Assembly: GCA_963769025.1 (NCBI GenBank)
Contig: CAVYKI010000003.1
Coordinates: 960,001-1,024,000 of the forward strand
Length of the DNA: 64,000 nucleotides
Source of the DNA: an uncultured Verrucomicrobiae bacterium
GTDB taxonomy: Bacteria; Verrucomicrobiota; Verrucomicrobiia; Chthoniobacterales; Chthoniobacteraceae
Direction of reading: 5' to 3'
Under the pieces are notes generated by a model. That model ran no database searches and had not been told where the DNA came from. It saw only the letters and a program-made list of their open reading frames with translations. The position numbers and the translations under genes were made by a program. Position 1 is the first letter of the stretch. Each line of letters starts with the position of its first letter. Shown here piece after piece: positions 20,011-29,842 of the stretch.

Positions 20011-22359
20011 TCAAAACTTGTAACCGATATTGAACTGAAACTTGCCGCCCGAACCGTTGTAAGGGTCGGACTGGAGCGGGATGCCGTAGTCGATTCGGAT
20101 GGGGCCGATGGCCGGGATTTCCAAGAGCAGGCCGATGCCGTAATCGCTGTTCAAGCCGCCGGAGCCGTTGGGGTCTTTCTTCGCGCTGAAGTCGTAGGCG
20201 CTGCTGCTCACAAAGCCGGCATCGAAAAAGAACGCCATGCGCACTTTCTCAACGATCGGTATCGTGTACTCCGCGGTGAACCGCGCGAGGGACTGGCCGC
20301 CGATCGGTTCGCCGCCGCTGACGGTCTCCTTCGGGCCGACTTCGCGATAGGTGAAGCCGCGCAGGCTGTTCGCGCCGCCGAGGTAGAGGCGGTCGTAAAC
20401 CGGCACGCGGCTCCCGCCGGACCAGTTGTCCACGCCCGCGATCTGGGCTTCAAAGGTCAGGATCGTGTCGCCGGGCAAGGCGATGTATTTCGCCGCATCG
20501 ATGTCAAAGCCGTAGATGCTCTCATCGCCTCCGAGGAATCCGCCGGCCGCATACACCTGGGCATCCACGCGCCATCCTTGGCTGGGAAGGTACACCCGGT
20601 TGCGCGAGTCGTAGGTGATGCCGGTGCTGACCTGACTCTTCAGCACGGGACCCGCGTCCCGAAAGAACTCCGAGGTCGGCGACAGCGTGGACGAGTAGTT
20701 GTGCAGCTCGATTTGCTCGAGTTTGTACTCGAGCCGGAACGCCGTGAATTCATTGACCGGCTTGCGCATGAAGACACTCCCGCCGTACCGGCGTTCGTTA
20801 TACACGGCGCTCGTGTAGCTGGCGTCGCGGTAGTAGAGTTCCGTGCCGACCGAAAACTTCCGGTCGAGGAAGTAGGGCTCGGTGAGGCTGATGATGAAAT
20901 CCTTGCGCGTGGTGCCGTACTGGATGCGCGTGCGGAACTTCTGGCCTCCGCCGGTGAGGCGCGGCCAGTTGGTGATGTCGAAATTGCTCTGCGTCAGCTC
21001 GACGAATCCGAGCAGGTTGTCGATCGAGCTGAAGCCCGCGCCGAAGTTGAACGAACCGGTCTGGGTCTCGGCGACGTCCACATTCAGGTCGCGGCGACCG
21101 GGGACTGAGATCAGCGGTTCCGCGGGGCGCACTTCCGTGCGGGAAAAGTAACGCAGGTTTTCAAGGCGCTGCTTGCTCGCGTCCATGCGGACTGTGTTGA
21201 AGAGGTCGCCGGGCGCCAGCGCGAGTTCGCGGCGGATCACCTTGTCCTTCGTGCGCGTGTTCCCGGAGATGTTCACCTTGTCCACGTAGTATTGGTAACC
21301 CTCTTCGAGGCGGAAGCTGACATCCACCACGCCGGGACCGCCGGGCGTGGGGCTCGGAATCACCGCCAAATCCAGGAAGCCTTTCGCACCATAGAGGTCG
21401 CTGATGATCTTACGGTCCGCGGCGAGCGCCTGGGGCGAATAAATCGCGCCGGGCTTGAGCGTCAGCTTCTGCGTGATCTCGTCGGCCGCGAACACCCGTG
21501 CCCCGATGACCGAAACCCTCCCGACGTGGAACAACGTCCCCTCGGTGATTTGGAAAGTGACATCCACCTTCGTGTCATGCCGCGAGACGACCGGGCTCCG
21601 CACCTCGACCTGGAGGTAACCCTTGCTCTGGTAAAGCTCGCGGATGGCGCGGACGTCGTCCTGCAGTTGCTCGCTGTTCAACTTGCCCGCCGTCGAAGAG
21701 AAGACGTTCATGATGCCCTTCGGCTTGGTCTTCACGACCTTCAGGAGTTCCGAGCGCTTCACCGCGTTGTTTCCCTGAAACGCAACGTTGTCGATCTTGG
21801 CCTTGGAGCCCTCGTTCACGTCGAAAATCGCCCGCACCGCCCCCGGCTTCCCGGTGTTCTCGGTGCGATAGCGCACGTCGATGTCGCCGTAGCCTTTGCC
21901 CTGGTAGTATTCAATGATTTTCTGACGGTCCGCCTCGAGCGCGGATTCGCTCGCCGGGCTGCCTGGCTTCGAGGAAATCTCGTCGCGCAACTTCGAGGTC
22001 TTCACCTTGGTCGCGCCGTTGATGATCACTTCGGCGAGCGTGCTCTTCGTGGCCACGACGACGATGACCTTCACCCCGTCCCCCTGCGGCTCACCGAACA
22101 TGCGGACGTTCGTCAGGTTGCCCGTCGCCATCAGGTTGCGGACATCGTCCTCGGTCACGCGGGGCGAGTAAGGGCGGCCCACCTTGGTGCGCATGTTGGC
22201 GAGCACCTTATCCTTGGAAACCGACTCCGGCCCGACGAACTGGATCTCGATCGACCTCACCAGCGGCATGTTCGGGGCTTCCTGAGCCGGAGCCGCCGAA
22301 GGCGACACCAAAAATGCGAAAATGCTGAGGAGGCCTTGGAGTAAAATGCGGAGCTTCAT
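20011..22359 (-). CDS. bamA: Outer membrane protein assembly factor BamA
   Basis: POTRA repeats (GNTRTKDKVIRRE), LGGANSLRGF, C-terminal FQFNIGYKF. Confidence 0.95.
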   Translation of the reverse strand: MKLRILLQGLLSIFAFLVSPSAAPAQEAPNMPLVRSIEIQFVGPESVSKDKVLANMRTKVGRPYSPRVTEDDVRNLMATGNLTNVRMFGEPQGDGVKVIVVVATKSTLAEVIINGATKVKTSKLRDEISSKPGSPASESALEADRQKIIEYYQGKGYGDIDVRYRTENTGKPGAVRAIFDVNEGSKAKIDNVAFQGNNAVKRSELLKVVKTKPKGIMNVFSSTAGKLNSEQLQDDVRAIRELYQSKGYLQVEVRSPVVSRHDTKVDVTFQITEGTLFHVGRVSVIGARVFAADEITQKLTLKPGAIYSPQALAADRKIISDLYGAKGFLDLAVIPSPTPGGPGVVDVSFRLEEGYQYYVDKVNISGNTRTKDKVIRRELALAPGDLFNTVRMDASKQRLENLRYFSRTEVRPAEPLISVPGRRDLNVDVAETQTGSFNFGAGFSSIDNLLGFVELTQSNFDITNWPRLTGGGQKFRTRIQYGTTRKDFIISLTEPYFLDRKFSVGTELYYRDASYTSAVYNERRYGGSVFMRKPVNEFTAFRLEYKLEQIELHNYSSTLSPTSEFFRDAGPVLKSQVSTGITYDSRNRVYLPSQGWRVDAQVYAAGGFLGGDESIYGFDIDAAKYIALPGDTILTFEAQIAGVDNWSGGSRVPVYDRLYLGGANSLRGFTYREVGPKETVSGGEPIGGQSLARFTAEYTIPIVEKVRMAFFFDAGFVSSSAYDFSAKKDPNGSGGLNSDYGIGLLLEIPAIGPIRIDYGIPLQSDPYNGSGGKFQFNIGYKF

Positions 22360-22482
22360 GATGGATTTTGGCGCGCCGACGAGTGATCGCTCGGCGCAAA
22401 GCCGGGTATTAGCCGGAGTGCAGGGCGGAAGGTCAAGCTGGCTTTTGAGGCCCGCCTGCACCGGCGCGACGGCGCGCAGGCG

Positions 22483-24060
22483 TCACTTTGGGCCCTTGGA
22501 AGGGCCCAGTTTGTATTCGTAGCTGTCCACGAGCGCCAGCCAGCTCGCCTGGATGATGTTGTCGCTCGCGCCGACCGTGCCCCAACTGTCGTGCCCGTCC
22601 GTGCTCGAGATGAGCACGCGCGTGCGGGCGGCCGTGCCCTGCTGGCCGTTGATGATGCGGACCTTGTAGTCCTCGAGCGAGATGTCTGCGATTTTCGGGT
22701 AGAATGGCGTGAGCGCCTTGCGGAGTGCGGCATCCAGCGCGTTCACCGGGCCGTCGCCCTCGGCGACCACGTAGGCGTCCTGGTCCTTCACCCGCAGCTT
22801 CACCGTCGCCTCGCACTTGTCCCATGAGCCATCGGCAGTCCGGCGGAATGAACAATGGTACTCGCACAGTTCAAAGAGCGGCGTGTGCTGGCCGAGCGTG
22901 CGGCGGATGAGCAGCTCGAACGACGCCTCCGCGGCCTCGAATTCGTAGCCCTCGGATTCGAGGCGCTTCACCTCGGCGAGGATCTTCGCGACCTCGGGCG
23001 CACCCTTGGCAAATTTGAAACCGACCTCCTCGGCCTTCACGATCACGTTCGACTGCCCGGACATGTCCGAGATGGTGATGCTGCGCGAATTTCCGATGAG
23101 CGCCGGATCCACGTGCTCGTAGCTGCTCGCGAGCTTCTGCACCGCATGGACATGCTGCCCGCCCTTGTGGGTGAAGGCCGCGGTCCCGACGTACGGCGCA
23201 CGGATGTTGTGCGGCACGTTCGCGAGTTCATCGACGAACAACGACAGCTCGCGCAGCCGCGTCAGATCGGGCACGAGGTTCATGCCGAGCTTGAGCTGGA
23301 GATTCGCCATCACGGTGATGAGGTCGCAATTCCCCACGCGCTCGCCGTAGCCGTTGATCGTCCCCTGCACCTGCACCGCGCCGGCCTGCACCGAGGCGAG
23401 CGCATTCGCCACGCCGAGCCCGCTGTCGTTGTGCGTGTGGATGCCGACGGTCCCCGGCCCGAGCTCCGCGAGCACGTCGCGCGTCGCCTTCGCGACAAAC
23501 TCCGGCAGCGAGCCGCCATTCGTATCGCACAGCACGACGAGGCTCGCGCCGGCGCCATGCGCGGCCTTGAGCGTCGCGAGCGAGTAAACGGGGTCGTCCC
23601 GGTAGCTGTCGAAAAAATGCTCCGCGTCGTAGAGCACCTCGCGCCCGTGCTTTTTCAGATACGCGACCGTGTCGGCGATCATTGCGAGATTCTCCTCCAG
23701 CGTGACTCCAAGCACCTCGACGACCTGGAGCGGCCACGTCTTGCCGACGATCGTCACCGCGGGCGTCTCCGCATCGAGGAGGATGCGCACCTGCGGGTCG
23801 TCTTCCACCTTCATCTTTCCGCGTCGCGTCGCGCCAAAGGCGGACACCTTGGCGTGCTTCCACGTGCGCTTCCTCACCTCGCGGAAGAACTCCGCGTCCT
23901 TCGGGTTCGAGCCCGGGAAGCCGCCCTCGATGTAATGCACGCCGAAGGCATCCAGCTTCTCCGCCACGCGGATCTTGTCCGTCACCGAGAACGAAATCCC
24001 CGTGCCCTGCGTGCCATCGCGGAGCGTCGTGTCGTAAAGAGTGAAGGCCTTGGTGCTCAT
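22483..24060 (-). CDS. cimA: Citramalate synthase
   Basis: YDTTLRDGTQG, YIEGGFPGSNPKD, DAEHFFD, HKGG-H, GDGPVNALD. Confidence 0.9.
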   Translation of the reverse strand: MSTKAFTLYDTTLRDGTQGTGISFSVTDKIRVAEKLDAFGVHYIEGGFPGSNPKDAEFFREVRKRTWKHAKVSAFGATRRGKMKVEDDPQVRILLDAETPAVTIVGKTWPLQVVEVLGVTLEENLAMIADTVAYLKKHGREVLYDAEHFFDSYRDDPVYSLATLKAAHGAGASLVVLCDTNGGSLPEFVAKATRDVLAELGPGTVGIHTHNDSGLGVANALASVQAGAVQVQGTINGYGERVGNCDLITVMANLQLKLGMNLVPDLTRLRELSLFVDELANVPHNIRAPYVGTAAFTHKGGQHVHAVQKLASSYEHVDPALIGNSRSITISDMSGQSNVIVKAEEVGFKFAKGAPEVAKILAEVKRLESEGYEFEAAEASFELLIRRTLGQHTPLFELCEYHCSFRRTADGSWDKCEATVKLRVKDQDAYVVAEGDGPVNALDAALRKALTPFYPKIADISLEDYKVRIINGQQGTAARTRVLISSTDGHDSWGTVGASDNIIQASWLALVDSYEYKLGPSKGPK

Positions 24061-24214
24061 AAAAAAGGGCGCGCACGCTATGGCAGCCACCGCCCCCAGT
24101 CAACCGTGACCCCGAAACGGCAAATCCCGAACGCTCCGGCCCTTGGACGGTCGGACGGGTGGAAAATCAGCCCCTCTCCCGGTCGTCGCAGGGATATTGC
24201 CGCGGAAATCCGCG

Positions 24215-24652
24215 CTACTTCTTCAGCTTTTCCAACTCGGCCACGTAGTCCTTTGCCGACGTTCCATTGTAGCCGACCTTTTTGAAGAGTTCCTTCCCGT
24301 CCGCATCGAGCACGATGATGGTCGGAAAGCCGCGGATCGCGTATTTCTTCGAGAGCTCCTGGTTGGCGGCCTTGAGTTCGGGCGTCTGCGGCTTGCTCTT
24401 CGGGAAATCCAGCTCCACGAGCACAAGGTTTTCCTTGGCAAACTTGTTGAACTCCTCGGACGTCAGCACCGTCTTGTGCAGATTCTTGCACGGCGGGCAC
24501 CAGTCGGAACCGGTGAAGTCCATGAGGACCATTTTCTTCTCCGCCTTGGCCTGCGCCATGGCCTTTGGGAGATTGGTCAGCCAGGCTTCTTCCGCAGCGC
24601 AGAACTGCGAGGTGGCGAATGCGAGCGTGAACAGGAGGGCGAGCGTTTTCAT
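24215..24652 (-). CDS. Periplasmic thioredoxin-family protein
   Basis: Signal peptide; FTGSDWCPPC; GFPT. Confidence 0.88.
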   Translation of the reverse strand: MKTLALLFTLAFATSQFCAAEEAWLTNLPKAMAQAKAEKKMVLMDFTGSDWCPPCKNLHKTVLTSEEFNKFAKENLVLVELDFPKSKPQTPELKAANQELSKKYAIRGFPTIIVLDADGKELFKKVGYNGTSAKDYVAELEKLKK

Positions 24653-24759
24653 GGGAGGTGATGGATTGGGTTTGGTGAACGGATACGCTGAATGCTAGCA
24701 GATCGGCCTTCCGATGGGAGCGGATTGTTCACGGTGCTCGACCCGGGAAAACGGCCCCG

Positions 24760-25173
24760 TCAGCGCACTTCGTCCTGCTCGCGCTTCCGGGCGGGCATGA
24801 TGGAGCACGCCTCCTTGCATCCGAAGATCCGGGACAACGTGCGGCGGTTTCGCGCGATGAGGTTGTACACCTTCTCCGCTATCCAGATGACGCCCGGCAC
24901 CCAAAGCACCAGCGCCAGCGGCAGCAGCAGCGGCAGCCGCATGCCGACAAACCGGATGCAGCGCGCGCCGCGGAAGATGCGCCCGTCGCGCGTCACGCAG
25001 TGCATCGCGGCGAGGAGCTGCTCGCGATCGACGTTCGGCGCGGCCTGTTGCGCGCGCGGGTCGGTGAGCGGGATGAGCGCGAGCGCGTTGAACCAGTCCA
25101 GCCACGTCAGCACCCGCATCTGGAAGATGCACAACGGGCATTCGCCATCGTAGAGAACGAGGGTTTGTTTCAC
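24760..25173 (-). CDS. DCC1-like thiol-disulfide oxidoreductase (DUF393)
   Basis: LYDGECPLC; YNLIARNR. Confidence 0.85.
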   Translation of the reverse strand: MKQTLVLYDGECPLCIFQMRVLTWLDWFNALALIPLTDPRAQQAAPNVDREQLLAAMHCVTRDGRIFRGARCIRFVGMRLPLLLPLALVLWVPGVIWIAEKVYNLIARNRRTLSRIFGCKEACSIMPARKREQDEVR

Positions 25174-25182
25174 GGGAGAAGG

Positions 25183-26070
25183 CTACACGCTGAGGTGCCC
25201 GAGCGCCAGCAGCCCGTAGAAAGTGTATTCCGCGTCGAGCGCGTCGTCCGCCCAATGCCCGTGGAATCCGCCCTCCGCGCTCCAAAGCGTGTCCACGAAA
25301 TCGAGGCACTTTTCGCGCAGCGAATCCGGCAGCGGACGGTCGAGGCACGAGAGCGCGTGCAGCGCCGTCGCGGTGGAAAGCAGGTCGGGCACCGGCGCGC
25401 CCGGCACCGCGAGCCAGCCGCCATCTTCGTGCGTCTGCGCGAGCAGCCAGTCGCCGGCCGCGGCGCTGATCGGCATCCCGAGCTGATGCAGGAGCGTGAT
25501 GGCCGCCGCCGTCGCCGGCACCGTGCCCTGGCGCATCCCGCGCACATTGCCCCACGCGCCGTCCGGTGTTTCGAGAAATTTCAGGCACTGCACCATCCGC
25601 AGCGGTTCGGGCAGTTTCGCGCCGAGATCCTGGTACGCGCCGAGCGCGACGAAGCACCCGTAGGCGTTCCCGTACGGCGCGCCGGGCTTCACGTCGTAGC
25701 CACCGTCGCCGGTGCGGAATGCCTCCAGCCGCGCGAGGATCGCCTCGGAAACACCATCCGCTCCGCTTTCAAGCCCGACAGCCGCACGGCATCGCGCCAG
25801 CGCGCCGAGATGCACGAAGTCCAGCCCCGCGCCATCGCCGAAGCCGCGCACAAACGGCTCCACGCGCGCCGCCGGAATCTCCGACTGCAGCGCCTCCAGC
25901 CCGCCGAGCACGAAGATCGTGTAATACAGATCCGGCCGCCCCGCGCGGTCCGCCCCGCCGCCTTCCGGCGTGACCTGCTGCAGCAGGAAATCCCGCACCA
26001 GCCCCGCCGATTCGCCGAGCGTCTTTTGCGCGACCCGCGCAATCTGCAGCATTTGGAGACGGAGACTCAT
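25183..26070 (-). CDS. Prenyltransferase/squalene-oxidase repeat protein (geranylgeranyltransferase beta-like barrel)
   Basis: Repeated xDGGF/W units, DLYYT, DLLSTA, DAEYTFYGLLALG. Confidence 0.75.
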   Translation of the reverse strand: MSLRLQMLQIARVAQKTLGESAGLVRDFLLQQVTPEGGGADRAGRPDLYYTIFVLGGLEALQSEIPAARVEPFVRGFGDGAGLDFVHLGALARCRAAVGLESGADGVSEAILARLEAFRTGDGGYDVKPGAPYGNAYGCFVALGAYQDLGAKLPEPLRMVQCLKFLETPDGAWGNVRGMRQGTVPATAAAITLLHQLGMPISAAAGDWLLAQTHEDGGWLAVPGAPVPDLLSTATALHALSCLDRPLPDSLREKCLDFVDTLWSAEGGFHGHWADDALDAEYTFYGLLALGHLSV

Positions 26071-26141
26071 GCGCGTTGGCTAGCGGTTCGCGACGGCGGC
26101 GTCAAAGCGTCGGACCTGACGAATCGGCCGAACCATCCATC

Positions 26142-26849
26142 TCAAACCTTGAACACCACGCCATCCACCATCTGCACGATGACCGCGTAGAGCGACCGGT
26201 GCGTGCACCAGCGGACGTCCTCCCGCCGGTTGTCGGCCATCAGCTCGCGCCCTTTCCGCGAATCGTGCAGGCAGTGCAGGACATCCTCCTGGTACTTCCG
26301 GAAAACCGAGGCCGTGATCCTCGCGGCGTCCGTATACTCCGCTTCCTGGAAGTAACTGCACACCATCCCGGCGGCGAAAAGATCCTCGAGCGCCGGTTCG
26401 CGCACGGTGCCCGCGCAAACGAGCAGCAGATTCGCGGGATTGGTCTCCCGCAGGTGCGCGACGAGCGCCCCCATGTTCAACAGCGAACCAACGAGAACCT
26501 TCCCGGCCTTGGCACACGCGCGCAGTGCGTTGCTCGCGTTGGTCGTGAGCGAGATGATCCGGTCCGCCGACGGGTTGCGATATTCGAGCGGCGAGTTGCC
26601 GAGATCGAAACCGTCGAACCGGAGCCCGTGCCGCTCACCGGCCAGCAGCGCGCCGGGCAGGAGACTTTTCACCTCCTGCGCTTCCTGCATCGACGTGACC
26701 GGGTAAATCGCCGTCACGCCATTGGCCAGCGCAGTGACCATCGAAGACGCCGTGAGGAGCACATCGAAGACGACGGCAGTGCTCTGGGTCAGATCGAGCC
26801 CGGGCAGAAGGTCGATTTCGAGGGGTGAAAGTGCCGCATCGATTTTCAT
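26142..26849 (-). CDS. 2-phosphosulfolactate phosphatase (ComB) family
   Basis: VVFDVL, LAGER, FDLGNSP, TTN, VCAG, LED motifs. Confidence 0.85.
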   Translation of the reverse strand: MKIDAALSPLEIDLLPGLDLTQSTAVVFDVLLTASSMVTALANGVTAIYPVTSMQEAQEVKSLLPGALLAGERHGLRFDGFDLGNSPLEYRNPSADRIISLTTNASNALRACAKAGKVLVGSLLNMGALVAHLRETNPANLLLVCAGTVREPALEDLFAAGMVCSYFQEAEYTDAARITASVFRKYQEDVLHCLHDSRKGRELMADNRREDVRWCTHRSLYAVIVQMVDGVVFKV

Positions 26850-26947
26850 GGCGTTCGTTTTCGTGCTCCCGCTCCTTGGAGCAACCCCGGCAGATTGCAC
26901 CAGGCGTCGCCACGAATGGAAGCCTCCTCTGCCGGCGCTCCTCCCGG

Positions 26948-26983
26948 AAACAAAGACGCCCCGGCTTTCATACCGGGGCGTCT
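26948..26983 (-). terminator. Intrinsic terminator after gnd
   Basis: Perfect 11-bp stem AGACGCCCCGG/CCGGGGCGTCT followed by TTGTTT on the minus strand. Confidence 0.7.
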
Positions 26984-27022
26984 CGAATTCAGAATGCGCG
27001 TTTGTTTGGCGCAGCTTCGCGC

Positions 27023-28500
27023 CTAGACCGTGTAGGTGCTGCTCGACACGTCGCCGCCGCGGCCGGTCCAGTTCGTGTGGAAGAACTCGCCGCGCGGCTT
27101 GTCCACGCGCTCGTAGGTGTGCGCGCCGAAGTAGTCGCGCTGCGCCTGGAGCAGGTTCGCCGGCAGGACGGCGCGTGCGGTACTGATCGAAGAACGCGAG
27201 CGCGGTGCTGAAGGCCGGCACCGGGATGCCTTTCTTCGCCGCGGTGGCGACGACGTTGCGCCAGCCCTTCTGCGACTTCTTGATCTCGCCGCGGAAATAA
27301 TCGTCGAGCAGCAGGTTCGAGAGCTTCGGATTGTTGTCGTAGGCCTCCTTGATCTTGCCGAGGAAGCGCGAGCGGATGATGCAGCCGCCGCGCCACATCA
27401 GCGCGATGCCGCCGTAGTTCAGGTTCCAGCTGTACTCCTTCGCCGCGGCGCGCATGAGCATGTAGCCCTGCGCGTAGCTGACGATTTTCGAGGCGTAGAG
27501 CGCGTGGCGGATGTCCTCGATGAACGCCTTCTTCTTCTCGGGATTCGACGCGATCGCCTTCAGCGCCGGGCTCGGGCCCTTGAGCTTCTTCGCGGCCTTC
27601 ACGCGCTCGTCCTTCAGCGCGGAGACGCAGCGCGAATACACCGCCTCCGCCATGAGCGTGATCGGGATGCCGAGTTCCTGCGAATTGATCACCGTCCACT
27701 TGCCGGTGCCCTTCTGGCCGGCGGTGTCGAGGATCTTGTCCACGAGCGGCGCGCCGTCCTCGTCCTTCTTGGCGAGGATGTCGCGCGTGATCTCGATGAG
27801 GTAGCTGTCGAGGTCGCCCTTGTTCCACTCGGCGAAGACCTCGTGCATCTCGTCGGCGGTCATGCCGAGGCCGTTCTTCATGATGTTGTAGGCCTCGCAG
27901 ATGAGCTGCATGTCGCCGTATTCGATGCCGTTGTGGACCATCTTCACGTAGTGGCCCGCGCCGCCTTCGCCGACCCAGTCGCAGCACGGCACGCCGTCGT
28001 CCACCTTCGCGGAGATGCCCTGGAAAATCTCCTTCACGTGCGGCCACGCCGCCGGCGATCCGCCGGGCATGATGCTCGGGCCGCGGCGCGCGCCTTCTTC
28101 ACCGCCGGACACGCCGGTGCCGATGTAGAGCAGTCCCTTGCTCTCGCAGATACTTCACGCGGCGGATCGGTGTCGTCGAAAAGCGAGTTGCCGCCGTCGA
28201 TGATGATGTCGCCCGCTTCGAGGTGCGGGATGATCTGCTCGATGAATTCGTCCACCGGCTTGCCCGCCTTCACGAGCATCATCACGCGGCGCGGGCGCTT
28301 GAGCTTCGCGACCATCTCCTCGATGGAATGCGCGCCGATGCACGTTGCGTGCCCTTCGCCTCGTTGGCGAGGAATTCGTCCACCTTCGCCGTGGTGCGGT
28401 TGTACGCCACGACGGTGTAGCCGTGGTCGTTCATGTTGAGGATGAGGTTCTGGCCCATGACGGCCAGACCAATGAGGGCGATGTCAGCTGTAGGTTCCAT
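27023..28500 (-). CDS. gnd: 6-phosphogluconate dehydrogenase (decarboxylating), several frameshifts
   Basis: [45 protein letters not shown]-terminal [12 protein letters not shown] in a shifted frame. Confidence 0.95.
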
Positions 28501-28548
28501 TTGTGGGAGGGCGATTCAAAGGCAACGGATTCGCGGAGACAAGGCAAA

Positions 28549-28575
28549 GGTAGGGCGGTTTCGCCGAAACCGCCC
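28549..28575. repeat. Solo GTAG-type REP palindrome (family 1)
   Basis: GGTA GGGCGGTTTC GCC GAAACCGCCC; same architecture as the copies at 12351, 34546 and 42069. Confidence 0.75.
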
Positions 28576-28642
28576 ACTCCGAGGGCACACGAATGCCCTC
28601 GCGCCGCCAAATGCCCAAACAGCCCCGCGGCTTCCCCGCGAG

Positions 28643-29842
28643 CTATTCCGGCACTGAAAGTCCCACGACATCCCCCGCATAGCCGGTGAGTTCGAGGTAA
28701 CCGTGCCCATTCACCGCACGGCCGTCGCGCTTGCCCCGAACGTCGATCATCCCCTCCCAATACGCCACCGGCTCAAGCGCGAGTTCCTGCGCCTCGACGG
28801 GTGTCGTGACTTCCAGATCGATCCCCAGCGGCGGCACTTCGACACGCCAGCCGATCGGATATTTGCCCCGCGTCTTCGCGCTCTCCCAAAATTTCACAGG
28901 CGTCAGCCGCAGTTCATCGAGCTTCAGATGCCGCACGCTGCCATCCTTCGCGATGAACGACCCCGACGACGCGCCATCCACCGAGCCGTCCTTCTTTCGC
29001 AGCCGGTAGAGCATCAGCTCAGTCCCGTCATCGAGCTGCACGCTGAACCAGTCCCAGCCCGACTGCCCCGGCGCGAGCTGGTTCGTCGCCCATTCGTGGT
29101 CAAACCAGCTCTCGCCCTCGACCGGCAGCTCCTGTCCGCCGATTTTCAAAGTCCCGCGCGAGCGCATCCGCGTGCCGGAGTAATATTGCGACGCATGCCC
29201 CGGCACATCGGCCTTCGTGCTCAGGCCCGCCTCGCCGTGCAGCGCCCACGGCTTCGCGCTTTCCAAGCGCAATTCGAGCGAACGTCCATCGTCGCTCGCG
29301 TTCAGTTGCATCGCGCCATCCTTGTCGAATGCCAGCGACCAATCGCCGAGCCACGCGAGACGCACTTCGTTTTGCAAATCACCGAAGCCCGCCTCGCCGA
29401 ATGCGCCGCGCAAGAGCTGCTGCGAAAAATGGAACTGGCCCGCCTTCACATCGGTGATCGTGAAATGGCCGAACTTCAAATCATCCATCACGAACCGCGA
29501 CTTCGCCGCATCGCGCGCTCCGGGCGCACGGACGCCGTGCCGGAAAAACGTGACCTGATACCCGAAGCGCCGCCCATCCGCCGCGCGCAGATTGCCGGTG
29601 AAATACCACCACTCCGTCTTGAAATCCGGATGCGCCGCATGGTCGCGCGGCCACTCGAATTTCCAACCGGGCTCGGCTCTTCGCCAGCCGGGAGCATCAT
29701 CGGCGCACGCAAAGAATCCCAATGCAAAAAGGATTCCCAAAACCAGCAGAACCGCCCGGAAAGCACCGTTGAGCTCTCCGGGGAGCGCGGGCGCCCCGCC
29801 CGCGCTCCCCGATGCAGATCGGTCCTGTTTTGATTGTTTCAT
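28643..29842 (-). CDS. AttH/CrtC-like lipocalin-fold protein (carotenoid 1,2-hydratase family)
   Basis: WPRDHAAHPDFKTEWWYFTGNL, WFDHEW, GWDWF, YWEG, GYLELTGY; ATG overlaps the permease stop. Confidence 0.88.
   Translation of the reverse strand: MKQSKQDRSASGSAGGAPALPGELNGAFRAVLLVLGILFALGFFACADDAPGWRRAEPGWKFEWPRDHAAHPDFKTEWWYFTGNLRAADGRRFGYQVTFFRHGVRAPGARDAAKSRFVMDDLKFGHFTITDVKAGQFHFSQQLLRGAFGEAGFGDLQNEVRLAWLGDWSLAFDKDGAMQLNASDDGRSLELRLESAKPWALHGEAGLSTKADVPGHASQYYSGTRMRSRGTLKIGGQELPVEGESWFDHEWATNQLAPGQSGWDWFSVQLDDGTELMLYRLRKKDGSVDGASSGSFIAKDGSVRHLKLDELRLTPVKFWESAKTRGKYPIGWRVEVPPLGIDLEVTTPVEAQELALEPVAYWEGMIDVRGKRDGRAVNGHGYLELTGYAGDVVGLSVPE

Noticed and set aside
15829..21108. Long plus-strand ORFs opposite rsmB, skp and bamA (and similar ones elsewhere)
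   Set aside because: Antisense shadow ORFs expected in high-GC DNA; no motifs and Arg/Ala-rich composition
26142..28112. Apparent Gnd-ComB fusion (656 aa)
   Set aside because: Caused by a frameshift near the gnd 3' end; gnd has its own stop (27023) and terminator, and comB starts at 26849
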